Shown here in pieces: positions 8,983 to 17,916 of a stretch of 64,000 nucleotides of DNA. Each line of letters begins with the position of its first letter. Position 1 is the first letter of the stretch. Made by a program: the position numbers and the translations under genes. The notes below the pieces were generated by a model. That model did not search any database. It was not told the origin of the DNA and worked only from the letters and a program-made list of their open reading frames with translations. This stretch comes from Vulcanimicrobiota bacterium (GTDB taxonomy: Bacteria > Vulcanimicrobiota > Vulcanimicrobiia > Vulcanimicrobiales > Vulcanimicrobiaceae): assembly GCA_963843945.1 (NCBI GenBank), contig CAWJMF010000002.1:1657399-1721398 (forward strand). Direction: 5' to 3'.

Positions 8983-9972
8983 GTGAACGAGGACGAGCGG
9001 CCGCCGGCCGAGGCCCCGCAAGGACCGATCAGCGACTACTTGGCGCGCGTCGAGCGCGAGCGGGTCGAACTGCGTAGCGAGCAGCGCGAGCAACTTTCCA
9101 GTGAAGGGACGCTCAATCTCGCCGAGGCCTTCAACTCGTCCCACGTCGCCGAGGTCCTGGCCCGCCTCGATCGCGAGCTGATCGGCTTACTACCGGTCAA
9201 GACGGGGATGCGCGAGTTGGCGCATCGCTTACTGGGCGACTCGCTGCGCGGGAAAGCGGGTCTCGCTACCGCGCGCGCGCCGCTCAACATGTCGTTCGCC
9301 GGAAGTCTTGGGACGGGCAAGAGCACGGTCGCGCAGCGCGTTGCCGAGATTCTGTACCGGCTGGGTTATATTCGCAAAGCCCAACTCGTCAGCGCGACCC
9401 GCGAAGACCTCGTCGGCAACTACATCGGGCATACCGCCCCTAAGACGCGCGAGGTGCTCAAACGCGCCATGGGCGGAGTGCTCCTCATCGACGATGCGTA
9501 CGATTTGCACCGGCCGCAAAACGAGCGCGACTACGGCGGCGAAGCGGTGCAGCTCCTGCTGGAAAGCATGGGAAACGAGCGCGAGCAGCTCGTCGTCATC
9601 TTCGCCGGCGCCAGGGATCGCATGGATGCTTTTTTGCGGAGCAATCCGAGGCTCGACTCGAACGTCGTGCACCGTTTCGACTTCCCGGACTATTCGTTCG
9701 AGGAACTTATCGCGATCGCGCACAGCCTCTTAGAGCGCCTCAACTATGAGTTCAGTCCGGCGGCCGAAGCGGCGTTTCGCGAATACGTTTCGCTGCGCCA
9801 AAAACAAGGGCCGTTCGCGAACGCCCGGAGCATCGGCAACGCGATCGACCGCGCCCGGCTCCGTCAAGCGACGCGCCTGTTCGAGCAGGGCGGCAGGATC
9901 GAGGCGCGCGATCTGCGCCTCATCGATGAGGTCGACATCCGGAAAAGCCGGGTCTTCCAGCAGCCCGACTGA
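8983..9972 (+). CDS. CbbX/SpoVK-like AAA+ ATPase. GTG start at 8983 is likely; track ORF 8890 carries an Arg-rich N-terminal extension.
   Basis: Walker A 'GSLGTGKSTVA' and Walker B 'VLLIDDAYDL'. CbbX-like 'LDRELIGLLPVKTGMRELA' N-terminal motif. Confidence 0.8.
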   Translation: MNEDERPPAEAPQGPISDYLARVERERVELRSEQREQLSSEGTLNLAEAFNSSHVAEVLARLDRELIGLLPVKTGMRELAHRLLGDSLRGKAGLATARAPLNMSFAGSLGTGKSTVAQRVAEILYRLGYIRKAQLVSATREDLVGNYIGHTAPKTREVLKRAMGGVLLIDDAYDLHRPQNERDYGGEAVQLLLESMGNEREQLVVIFAGARDRMDAFLRSNPRLDSNVVHRFDFPDYSFEELIAIAHSLLERLNYEFSPAAEAAFREYVSLRQKQGPFANARSIGNAIDRARLRQATRLFEQGGRIEARDLRLIDEVDIRKSRVFQQPD

Positions 9973-10950
9973 TCAGGCGCGATTGCGGGCAGCGCGCCAG
10001 CGCTGCTCTTCGGCACGCACTTCCGCCGCGAGCGCGGCGGGGCGCTCGCGATACTTGGCCCACAGCTGCGGCAAGTGCGCGATATCGGCGAGGACGCGGG
10101 CGAAAACCGAATTGACCGGCGTCGGCACGCCGTGCGTTCGGCCGCAGGCCGCAACTGCGCCGTTGAGGACCTCGACCTCGGTTTCGCCCTTGGCCGCCCG
10201 TAAGTCCAGCAGCAGCGAAGGCGGTTTGCGGCCGCGCGCGCCGGCGATGCGGTTGGCGAGAATGGCGCGCGCGACCGGGGAAGGCAGCGAGACGACGCTC
10301 TGCAGCGCGCGCACCGGATAACGCGGCAAGTCGATCGGCGTGACGCCGATGGCTTGCATGACCGCGCGGCACTCGCGGATCGCCCGGATCTCGAGCGCGA
10401 AAACCTCCTCGAATTTCACCAGCCGCTCGGGCACGACATTGAGAATCGCGCACGAGGCGTTGGCGACAATGTTCAGGGCGAGTTTCGACCACTTCAGCGC
10501 GCGATAGTCCGAGGCGACCTTGACCGGAACGGCGGTCTGCTCGAAGGCGGCGACGAGCCAGTTGTGCGCGTTCGAACCCACCGGCGCGAGCGCGATGCCG
10601 CCGGCGTTCGACGGCACGCTGCCGCCGTCGCGCGAAACCTCGACGGGCACCGTCAAGGCGCACGCGACGATCTGGTCGGCGCCGAACGCGGCCGCCAGTT
10701 TTTCTTCGTTACCGACGCCGTTCTGGGGGCAGAGAATCGTCGCTTTGCTTTCCGGCCCGAGCGCCCGCTGCAAAGTCGCGATCGCCGACTCGGTATCGTA
10801 CGACTTCACCGCGACGATCGCGAGGTCGGCGTCGACCGGCACGACCTCGTTAAGCTCGCGAGGTGCGTACACGATTTGCGCCGAGTCCCGGCGCAACACG
10901 TCCCCCAGAAACGTGCCGACCGCACCGTGACCGACGACGTAAATCTTCAC
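9973..10950 (-). CDS. 2-dehydropantoate 2-reductase family protein (PanE/ApbA-like). GTG start at 10950.
   Basis: 'VKIYVVGHGAVGTFLG' Rossmann N-terminus and an ApbA_C-like C-terminal part. The track ORF (start 11118) over-extends into dut. Confidence 0.75.
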   Translation of the reverse strand: MKIYVVGHGAVGTFLGDVLRRDSAQIVYAPRELNEVVPVDADLAIVAVKSYDTESAIATLQRALGPESKATILCPQNGVGNEEKLAAAFGADQIVACALTVPVEVSRDGGSVPSNAGGIALAPVGSNAHNWLVAAFEQTAVPVKVASDYRALKWSKLALNIVANASCAILNVVPERLVKFEEVFALEIRAIRECRAVMQAIGVTPIDLPRYPVRALQSVVSLPSPVARAILANRIAGARGRKPPSLLLDLRAAKGETEVEVLNGAVAACGRTHGVPTPVNSVFARVLADIAHLPQLWAKYRERPAALAAEVRAEEQRWRAARNRA

Positions 10951-11432
10951 GCGCCCCGACCCGTGGAGCCGAAACCCCCCGCGCCGCGCACGGTGCTTCG
11001 TGAGAATTCGTCGACGACGCGCAAGCTCGGGCGCACGATCGGGACGAACAGCATCTGCGCGATTCGTTCGCCCGGCTCGATAACGATCGCCTCGGACCCG
11101 GACGCGCTGCGGTTCCAAACGCTAATGAGCACGGGACCGAGATAGTCGGCGTCGACCACACCGACGAGGTTTCCCAGCACGAGACCCTTGCGGTGGCCGA
11201 GCCCCGAGCGCGGAACGACGAGCGCGGCGATCCCGGGATCGGCGATGTGCAGCGCGATCCCCGACGGAACGATTTCGGCCGGGCTTTGCGGCAAGAGCAC
11301 GAGCGGGGCGTCGAGGCAAGCGTGAAGGTCGATCGCAGCAGCCATGTCGCTCTGATAGCGCGGCAGGCCCCACGCGCGGATGCGTTCGTCGAGGATGCGC
11401 ACCTCGATCGACGCGCCGTCGGGGTTCTTCAC
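10947..11432 (-). CDS. dut: dUTP diphosphatase. GTG start at about 11432, overlapping the stop of the upstream gene.
   Basis: Motifs 'AIDLHAC', 'RSGLGHRKGLVLGNLVGVVDADYLG' and 'RGAGGFGSTG'. The track ORF (start 11576) is over-extended. Confidence 0.85.
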   Translation of the reverse strand: MKNPDGASIEVRILDERIRAWGLPRYQSDMAAAIDLHACLDAPLVLLPQSPAEIVPSGIALHIADPGIAALVVPRSGLGHRKGLVLGNLVGVVDADYLGPVLISVWNRSASGSEAIVIEPGERIAQMLFVPIVRPSLRVVDEFSRSTVRGAGGFGSTGRGA

Positions 11433-11743
11433 ACCGGTTCGAAGTGCGCGAAAAGCTGTTGGAATTCGGGCAATGCCGAAGGGGGCTGATACGTGCACAC
11501 CGCGGCGAAGCGTTGCCACAACTCGGCAACGACTGGGTTGCCGTGCGCGTCGGCGATCGCTTCCTGCGAGACCCATTCGAAGATCTCGACGAGCGTGCCG
11601 TCGGCGGCGCGCATCACGACCGGTTCGCGCGGGGTGACGAGGCCTTCCGCGCGCAGCGGCGGCAGATGATTACGCACGAGTTCGAGCAATTCTTCGGCGC
11701 GACCGGGTTTGGGCGTGTAACATGCGACGGCCATCGATCCCAT
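11429..11743 (-). CDS. Small ABM (antibiotic-biosynthesis-monooxygenase)-like domain protein.
   Basis: 104 aa with natural composition and an ABM-like fold pattern ('...VVMRAADGTLVEIFEWVSQEAIADAH...'). Confidence 0.5.
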   Translation of the reverse strand: MGSMAVACYTPKPGRAEELLELVRNHLPPLRAEGLVTPREPVVMRAADGTLVEIFEWVSQEAIADAHGNPVVAELWQRFAAVCTYQPPSALPEFQQLFAHFEPV

Positions 11744-11759
11744 GCGCTTGCCTTCCTCG

Positions 11760-12233
11760 CTACTTGGAGAGCTCCGCCAGCTCGGCTTCGAAGCTGCCGA
11801 TGTCGTCGAACGAGCGGTAGACGCTGGCGAAGCGGATGTAAGCGACTTTGTCGAGACGTTTCAACGCCTCCATGAGCTTCTCGCCGATCATCGTCGTCGG
11901 AACCTCGCTCTCGCCGCGCGAAAACAGCTCGCGCTCGAGCGAGGCGACCATTTCTTCCATCTGCGCTTCGGAGATGGGGCGTTTTTCGCAGGCGCGCCGC
12001 AAACCGCCGACGATCTTATCGCGGTTGTACTGCTCGCGCCGCCCGTCTTTTTTGACGACGTAAAGGCGCGGGGCTTCCATCCGCTCGTAGGTCGTAAAGC
12101 GGTGCTTGCAGCCCAGACATTCCCGCCGGCGCCTCACAACGGATTCGTCGTCGCGCGAGTCGACCACGCGCGTCTCGCTCTTCCGGCAACTCGGACAAAT
12201 CAGTTGTAGCGGGCCTCCACGAAGCAGCCCCAC
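11760..12233 (-). CDS. nrdR: Transcriptional repressor NrdR.
   Basis: Zn-ribbon 'CPSCRKSETRVVDSR...CLGCKHRFTTYE' followed by an ATP-cone. GTG start per track. Confidence 0.9.
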   Translation of the reverse strand: MGLLRGGPLQLICPSCRKSETRVVDSRDDESVVRRRRECLGCKHRFTTYERMEAPRLYVVKKDGRREQYNRDKIVGGLRRACEKRPISEAQMEEMVASLERELFSRGESEVPTTMIGEKLMEALKRLDKVAYIRFASVYRSFDDIGSFEAELAELSK

Positions 12234-12302
12234 TAGATATGGGGCCCTTCACGAGTATAAGCCACAAGACGTGCCCCCGGCAAACGGGGGCGGCCAAGCT
12301 CG

Positions 12303-12449
12303 CTAGGCCGCGCCGATCTTAAACATCTTCGTCCCGCAGACCGGGCACTTGCCTTCGGTAGCGGGGCGACCGTTCTTCATCGTGATTTGAACGGCGTCTT
12401 TCATGTCGCGCTTGGTCTTACACTTGACGCAATAGGCTTGAGCTGCCAT
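12303..12449 (-). CDS. DUF5679-type zinc-ribbon mini-protein (48 aa).
   Basis: 'MAAQAYCVKCKTKRDMKDAVQITMKNGRPATEGKCPVCGTKMFKIGAA'. This is the in-frame 3' end of a spurious 295-aa track ORF. ATG at 12447-12449, with a GGAGGA about 13 nt upstream. Confidence 0.7.
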   Translation of the reverse strand: MAAQAYCVKCKTKRDMKDAVQITMKNGRPATEGKCPVCGTKMFKIGAA

Positions 12450-12600
12450 GGAATCCAAAGTCCTCCGCGGCCGCGGGACGCCCCGACGATAGCCGCAGGG
12501 GTTGGCGGTCACAATTCCCGCCGTCCATTCTGAGGGCACGGTCGGTTTCCTCGCGTTGCGGAGACTTTCGCCTCGAGCGCCTCGGCGTGAAGGGGTGGCG

Positions 12601-13485
12601 ATGCTACTCGGCGAGCCTCGCTTCGTACCGCGTTCCGAAGTTTTCCGGCGGCATCCCGAACGCGCCGGGAAGGTCCGCTTCGAGGGGCTTTGGGTGAGCG
12701 GCTCGCTCGCCGGACTGGAGCGCCGCGCCGTCGCGGTCGTCGGCACGAGGGCGCCCTCCGAGGCGGCCGGCCGGCGTTCGCGCGCTCTGGGCGAGGCGCT
12801 CGGGACGGCGGGAGTGTGCGTGATCTCCGGCTTGGCCCTCGGCATCGACGGTGCCGCCCATGCGGGCGCGGTGGACGCCGGAGCGCCGACGATCGGCGTC
12901 CTGGGAGGGGGCCACCGCCATTTTTTCCCGGCCCGCAACCGCCGGCTGGCCGAGGCGATGCTCGCCGGCGGAGGCGCGGTGCTCTCGCCGTTTCCGCCCG
13001 GCGAGCCGGCGCGGCCTTGGCAGTTCCTGCAGCGCAACGGCGTCGTGGCGGCGCTGGCCGATGCCGTCGTCATCGTGGAGGCCGCGGAGCGGAGCGGCGC
13101 CCTCAATACGGCGAGTTGGGCCGCTAACCTCGGAATCGACGTTCTGGCCTTTCCGGGCGACGTCGAGCGCCCCAAAGCCGCGGGCTGCAACGGTTTGATT
13201 CGAGACGGCGCGACGCTCGTGCGTGGAGCCGCCGACGTACTCGAAGCACTCGGTCTCGTGCCGGTTCAGGCGACAAACGCGCCGGCGCGGCGGCCCGCGC
13301 GCGATCGCTTGAGCGCAATGCTGCTCGAGCGGCTAGCCGCCGGCCCGTGCGAGCTCGACGAACTTGTCATTCGCCTGCAAGCCGAACCCGGCGCGATCCT
13401 CGCCGCGCTCATCGCGCTCGAGATCGAGGGAACCGTTACGAGCGAGGGCGCTGCCTTTACGCTCGGCCGCGCGCGCCCGGCTTAG
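12601..13485 (+). CDS. dprA: DNA-processing protein DprA (Smf).
   Basis: DprA Rossmann-like core ('GLALGIDGAAHAGAV...') with a C-terminal winged-helix region. Internal ATG at 12601 chosen ('MLLGEPRFVP'). Confidence 0.85.
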   Translation: MLLGEPRFVPRSEVFRRHPERAGKVRFEGLWVSGSLAGLERRAVAVVGTRAPSEAAGRRSRALGEALGTAGVCVISGLALGIDGAAHAGAVDAGAPTIGVLGGGHRHFFPARNRRLAEAMLAGGGAVLSPFPPGEPARPWQFLQRNGVVAALADAVVIVEAAERSGALNTASWAANLGIDVLAFPGDVERPKAAGCNGLIRDGATLVRGAADVLEALGLVPVQATNAPARRPARDRLSAMLLERLAAGPCELDELVIRLQAEPGAILAALIALEIEGTVTSEGAAFTLGRARPA

Positions 13486-14366
13486 TCGCGGTGGATGATC
13501 AGCGGAATCGGCGTCATCTGCGGTGTCGGCGTCGGTTGCGGCGCGCCGGGCGCGCCCGGCTCGACGCCGGGTGCGGGAGCTTGCGGACCCGTGCAAAGCG
13601 GCACGGCGGCGACGACCGCGGCCGAGGCGACCTTCTCGACGACCGCGATGCGCCGCTGCTCGAGTTCCAGACCGGTCGCGAGATTGTCGTAGATCGTCTG
13701 CTTGCGCGTCGTACCCGACGCTAGGGCCTTCTGCGAATACTGCGAGTTCGGTTCGTTCGTCGGCAAACCGGCAACGCTCATGAACTGGGAGGGATCGGTC
13801 GTCGGCTGCGGCGAGGCGTTGCCGTTCTGGATCGTGCTCGACATGTTCGTATCGTGCTGCGACTGCATTTGGCCCATCAGATCCGTCTCGAGCGTTCCGG
13901 CAAGCAGGTTGACCGCCTCGTTTTGCTGCGTCGCGACGGCTTCCAACTTCGCTTTCAACTCGGCCGCTTCGCGATCGTCGTCCGTCTTGAGCTGGGGCGG
14001 AAAATAGGTCGGGTCGCTGAGCAGTTTTCTCACGACGATGAGGTTATGCGAGGCGACCGTTACCACTTGACTGAGGTAGCGGCGATCGAGATCGAGATGG
14101 TTGGCCGAGCCGATGACGGTGTCTTCGCTCATCTTCGAGAAGACGCGGTGACCGGCCCCGATCGCCTCGTCGGTGCGCATCAAGCCGACCAGCGCCGGTG
14201 CGACGCGCCGACCCAACATCGTGCAGTACGCGGACGAACGCACGCGCCCGATTTCCTTCGGCGGCGTCGCGCCGGGCGCGGGGCTGGCGGCGGCGGGCGC
14301 CGCACTTGGTGCGGCCTGCGCGCCGGGCGTGACGACGGCAATCGTCGTCGCGAGAAAGAACATCAC
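13482..14366 (-). CDS. Hypothetical secreted protein. Likely GTG/ATG start at about 14363-14366; track start 14498.
   Basis: Signal peptide 'VMFFLATTIAVVTPGAQA' and an AAGGAAG SD-like sequence about 10 nt upstream. Ala/Pro-rich linkers and a Gln/Asn-rich middle part. Confidence 0.5.
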   Translation of the reverse strand: MMFFLATTIAVVTPGAQAAPSAAPAAASPAPGATPPKEIGRVRSSAYCTMLGRRVAPALVGLMRTDEAIGAGHRVFSKMSEDTVIGSANHLDLDRRYLSQVVTVASHNLIVVRKLLSDPTYFPPQLKTDDDREAAELKAKLEAVATQQNEAVNLLAGTLETDLMGQMQSQHDTNMSSTIQNGNASPQPTTDPSQFMSVAGLPTNEPNSQYSQKALASGTTRKQTIYDNLATGLELEQRRIAVVEKVASAAVVAAVPLCTGPQAPAPGVEPGAPGAPQPTPTPQMTPIPLIIHRD

Positions 14367-14508
14367 CCGCAGTACTTCCTTGCGCGACCTCGCCCGCACC
14401 TCGCAAGCGGAGCGATTCCCAGAATGGCGCAAGGTTGAAAAGCGCTGCGAGGCATTCGGGCGCATTGGCGCAGGAGCGGCAGCTTGCCGGAGGCCCAATT
14501 CTCAGCTC

Positions 14509-14970
14509 ATGAAATACCGCCTGATCGCCGTCGGGAAAATACGCGAAGCGTACGTGGCGCAAGCTGCAGCCGATTTCCGCACGCGCTTGAGCCGTTACGA
14601 AGCCTACGACGAGATCGAGGTTGCGCCGGCTCACGGGGGCGATCCCGCGCGCGCCATGCGCGAAGAGGCCGAGCGGATTCTCGCGGCGCTCGCTCCCGGC
14701 GACGTCGTATGGCTGCTGGAACGACGCGGCACGGAGCTGACGAGTCCGGAGCTCGCCGCGCAGCTCGTCCGGCTGGCCGACGCGGGCACGCGGCGCATCG
14801 TCTTCGCGATCGCGGGCGCCTACGGAGCCGGCGAGGCGCTCGCGGCGCGCGCCGACTTCATCTGGTCCCTTTCGCAGCTGACCTTCTTGCACGAGTGGGC
14901 GCGCGCGCTCGTGCTGGAACAGCTCTACCGCGCAGCGAAGATCGCGCGGAATGAGCCCTACCACCATTGA
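14509..14970 (+). CDS. rlmH: 23S rRNA (pseudouridine1915-N3)-methyltransferase RlmH.
   Basis: The SPOUT RlmH sequence 'MKYRLIAVGKIRE...WSLSQLTFLHEWARALVLEQLYRA' is the 3' part of track ORF 14173..14970. ATG verified at 14509. Confidence 0.85.
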   Translation: MKYRLIAVGKIREAYVAQAAADFRTRLSRYEAYDEIEVAPAHGGDPARAMREEAERILAALAPGDVVWLLERRGTELTSPELAAQLVRLADAGTRRIVFAIAGAYGAGEALAARADFIWSLSQLTFLHEWARALVLEQLYRAAKIARNEPYHH

Positions 14971-16651
14971 GAGCGCCGGCGGCGCGACGGAAGACCTCGC
15001 GCGCATCGCGGCGGCGCTGGAGCGCGCGGCCGGCGCGCTCGTCCCGGGCGGCGCTCCGGCGGTCGTCTTCGAGGCGCCGCGCAACCTCGAGTTCGGCGAC
15101 TTCGCCTCGAACGTCGCGCTGCAGCTCGCCAAGAGCGCGCGGCGTGCGCCGCAGCAACTCGCGAGCGAACTGATCGAGCGCGCCTTCGCGGACGAACCCG
15201 GCCTGCGCAGCCTGGTCGCCGGCGCGCACGCCGCCGGCGGCTTCATCAACATCCGCATGGCCCCCGCCTACTGGCAACGCACGATAGCCGAGATTTTGCG
15301 CAAAGGGGACGATTTCGGGCGCGGCGCGCCGTCCGGCGAGCGTATCTCGCTCGAATTCGGCAGCGCCAATCCGACCGGCCCGCTCGTCGTCGTGCAAGGG
15401 CGCACCCTCTCGATCGGCGATTCGATCGCGCGCGCCATGCGCTTCTGCGGCTACGACCTCACGACCGAGTGGATCATGAACGACGCCGGTTCGCAAATGG
15501 CCACCGCCGCGCGTTCGCTCTATGCGCGCTACCGGCAGCTCGCCGAGGCCGAGTTTCCGTTTCCCGATGACGGCTATCCGGGCGAATACTTCATCCCGAT
15601 CGCACGAGACTTGCGCGCACGCGAGGGTCCGCGTTGGGACGATGCGCCCGAGAGCGACTGGCTGCCGTATTTTTCGGATGTCGCACGCGACGTATTCGTC
15701 GCCGAGCAACGGGCCGACTGCGAGCGATTCCGCGTCCGCTACGATCGCTGGCAGAGCGAACGCGAAATGCACGAAAGCGGCGCCATCGCCGCCCACATCG
15801 CGGCCCTCCGGGCCAAGGACCTCGTCTACGAAAAAGACGGCGCGCTCTGGATGCGTGCGACCGACTACGGCGACGACAAAGATCGCGTCGTCGTCCGCAG
15901 CGACGGCCGGCCGACCTATTACGGCCAAGACGTTGCCTACCACTACGACAAATTGCAGCGCGCGGACCGTGCGATCCTGATCCTCGGCCCCGATCACCAC
16001 GGCTACATCGCGCGTCTTCAGGCCGTCGCGGCGGCGTTCGGCAAACCCGGTGCGATCTCGGTCCTCATCGCGCAGCAGATGACCGTCGTGCGCGACGGTG
16101 AAGTCGTCTCCTCGAGCAAACGCGCCGGCGAAGTCCTGACGCTCGAAGAGATCATCGACGAAGTCGGCGTCGATGCCGCGCGCTTCTTCTTCGTGATGCC
16201 GAGCCCCGACTCGCCGATGACCTTCGACCTCTCGCTAGCCGTCGAACAATCGAGCGAAAACCCCGTCTACTACGTCCAATACGGCCACGCGCGGATCGCC
16301 TCCATCGAGCGCAAAGCCCCGCCCGCCCTGCTCGCGCGCGCCACCACCGGCGAAAATCTCGAGCGCCTCAGCGAGCCGAGCGAACTCGCGCTCGCGCGCC
16401 GGCTCTCAGAATTCCCCGCGACGGTTTCCGCCGTCGTCGACGGCCTCGCGCCCCAGCGTTTGGCGCGCTACCTGCAATCGGTCGCTGCCGATTTCCACCA
16501 GTTCTACATGAACTGCACGGTCCTCGGCGACGACGCCGAACTCACGGTCGCACGCCTCGGCCTCGCGCACGCGACCAAGACGGTGCTCGCTGCCGGGTTG
16601 GGCCTCCTCGGCGTAAGCGCTCCGGAGGCTATGGAGCGGGCGGGAGTCTAG
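14951..16651 (+). CDS. argS: Arginine--tRNA ligase.
   Basis: 566 aa with class I 'HIGH'-type region and anticodon-binding domain. Example segments: 'SANPTGPLVVVQGR' and 'YVQYGHARIASI'. Confidence 0.95.
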   Translation: MSPTTIESAGGATEDLARIAAALERAAGALVPGGAPAVVFEAPRNLEFGDFASNVALQLAKSARRAPQQLASELIERAFADEPGLRSLVAGAHAAGGFINIRMAPAYWQRTIAEILRKGDDFGRGAPSGERISLEFGSANPTGPLVVVQGRTLSIGDSIARAMRFCGYDLTTEWIMNDAGSQMATAARSLYARYRQLAEAEFPFPDDGYPGEYFIPIARDLRAREGPRWDDAPESDWLPYFSDVARDVFVAEQRADCERFRVRYDRWQSEREMHESGAIAAHIAALRAKDLVYEKDGALWMRATDYGDDKDRVVVRSDGRPTYYGQDVAYHYDKLQRADRAILILGPDHHGYIARLQAVAAAFGKPGAISVLIAQQMTVVRDGEVVSSSKRAGEVLTLEEIIDEVGVDAARFFFVMPSPDSPMTFDLSLAVEQSSENPVYYVQYGHARIASIERKAPPALLARATTGENLERLSEPSELALARRLSEFPATVSAVVDGLAPQRLARYLQSVAADFHQFYMNCTVLGDDAELTVARLGLAHATKTVLAAGLGLLGVSAPEAMERAGV

Positions 16652-16811
16652 CGTTCCGCCGCGGAGCACGACGTTGTAGCTGCGGGGACGCCCGCGATTT
16701 CGCATCCATGCGAAATCGCTACTCTCCGACTTTTTGCTCTCGCCCTCCGGGCTCCGCAAAAAGCTCGGAAGCTCCGCTGCTACAACGTCGTGCCCCGCGG
16801 CGGAACGCTAG
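16648..16811. repeat. 33-bp inverted repeat (1 mismatch) flanking nested hairpins at the convergent argS/AI-2E gene junction.
   Basis: Arm 1 (16648..16680) is 'ctagcgttccgccgcggagcacgacgttgtagc'. Arm 2 (16779..16811) is its reverse complement with a single a/g difference. Inner perfect hairpin at 16694..16719 ('gcgatttcgcat cc atgcgaaatcgc') and a bulged A/T-armed hairpin at 16727..16768. Confidence 0.8.
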
Positions 16812-17916
16812 ACTCCTCCACGCTGTGGGCTGAGAGCGTTAGTGCCTCGTCGTCCCCGAGCGCCGGTGCCGACCGGAAGAAGCGCCAGGCGACGCGCACG
16901 AGTGCGGCGGCGGGGATGCCGAGCAGCAGGCCGGGGACGCCGAAGAGTTCGCCGCCCGCGAAGGTCGCGAAGATGACGGCGATCGGCGAGACGCCGACGC
17001 TTTGCGCCATGATACGCGGGACCAGGATGTTGTCGGAAATGCGAAAGATCGTGAAGATCAACGCTTGGACCCAAATGATGGTCGATGCGCCTTGCGGGAG
17101 CGACAGGATGAAGGCGAGGGCGTGGGTGAGGATTTGGCCGGCGAAGGGTACGGCGTACGAGACGCCGGCGAAGACGCCGACGAGGACCGCGAACTTGAAG
17201 CCGACGAGCGCAGTCGCCGCCCAGACGAAGACGCCGGTTACGAAGCAGACCACGGTTTGGCCGGAGACGTAGCTCGAGAGGACATGGCCGAGTTCGTTGC
17301 CGAGCGCCCGTGCCCGGAAGCGCCGGCGCGCCGGGAGCAGATTGTAGAAGGCGTCGCCGACGTGCTCGCCTTGGAAGAGGAAGAACGCCGAGAGGACGAG
17401 CGCGGCGATGGTGATTAAGGCAGCGGACGCGACGTTGACGACGATGTTGGTGATCGAGCCCAGGCCGGCGTTGACGAAAGCCGAGGTTTTCGCGCTCACG
17501 AAGCCGTTGAGGTCGCCGCCGGAATCTTGCGGGAGGTACGAGCGGCCGAAATGATCGTGCAGCCACAGTTCCGCTTGATTGAAGGCGGTCTGCACGAAGA
17601 CGATGTACTGCGGCGCGTCAGATGCGATCGCTTTGATTTGCACCATCGTTGCAGGCAAAACGAGCAGCAAGAGCGCGACGACGGCAGCCAAGAGAGCGAC
17701 GTAGACGACACCGATCGCGACGACGCGCGGCATCCAGCGTTCGAGCCGAAGCACGATCGGAAAGACGCCGAACGCGATGAAAGCGGCAATGACGAAGGCG
17801 GTGACCGTTCGCGGGATGTGGGCGGCACACCAGTAGACCGCGAAACCGAGCGCGGCGACGCCGAGCAGCCAATAGGCCCGGCGGCGCCAGCGCGGCGAGC
17901 TTAGAGCGGCTTGCAC
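16780..17916 (-). CDS. AI-2E family transporter (UPF0118 / PerM-TqsA family).
   Basis: 378 aa with 7-8 TM helices and family-typical 'ILSLPQG' and 'GIPAAALVRVAWRFF' regions. Confidence 0.85.
   Translation of the reverse strand: MQAALSSPRWRRRAYWLLGVAALGFAVYWCAAHIPRTVTAFVIAAFIAFGVFPIVLRLERWMPRVVAIGVVYVALLAAVVALLLLVLPATMVQIKAIASDAPQYIVFVQTAFNQAELWLHDHFGRSYLPQDSGGDLNGFVSAKTSAFVNAGLGSITNIVVNVASAALITIAALVLSAFFLFQGEHVGDAFYNLLPARRRFRARALGNELGHVLSSYVSGQTVVCFVTGVFVWAATALVGFKFAVLVGVFAGVSYAVPFAGQILTHALAFILSLPQGASTIIWVQALIFTIFRISDNILVPRIMAQSVGVSPIAVIFATFAGGELFGVPGLLLGIPAAALVRVAWRFFRSAPALGDDEALTLSAHSVEESSVPPRGTTL

Noticed and set aside
8983-9972. Interpreting the CbbX-like ATPase as a RuBisCO activase marking a CO2-fixation locus.
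   Set aside because: No RuBisCO, phosphoribulokinase or carboxysome genes are in the window. SpoVK/CbbX-type AAA+ proteins occur in many contexts, so only the family call is supported.
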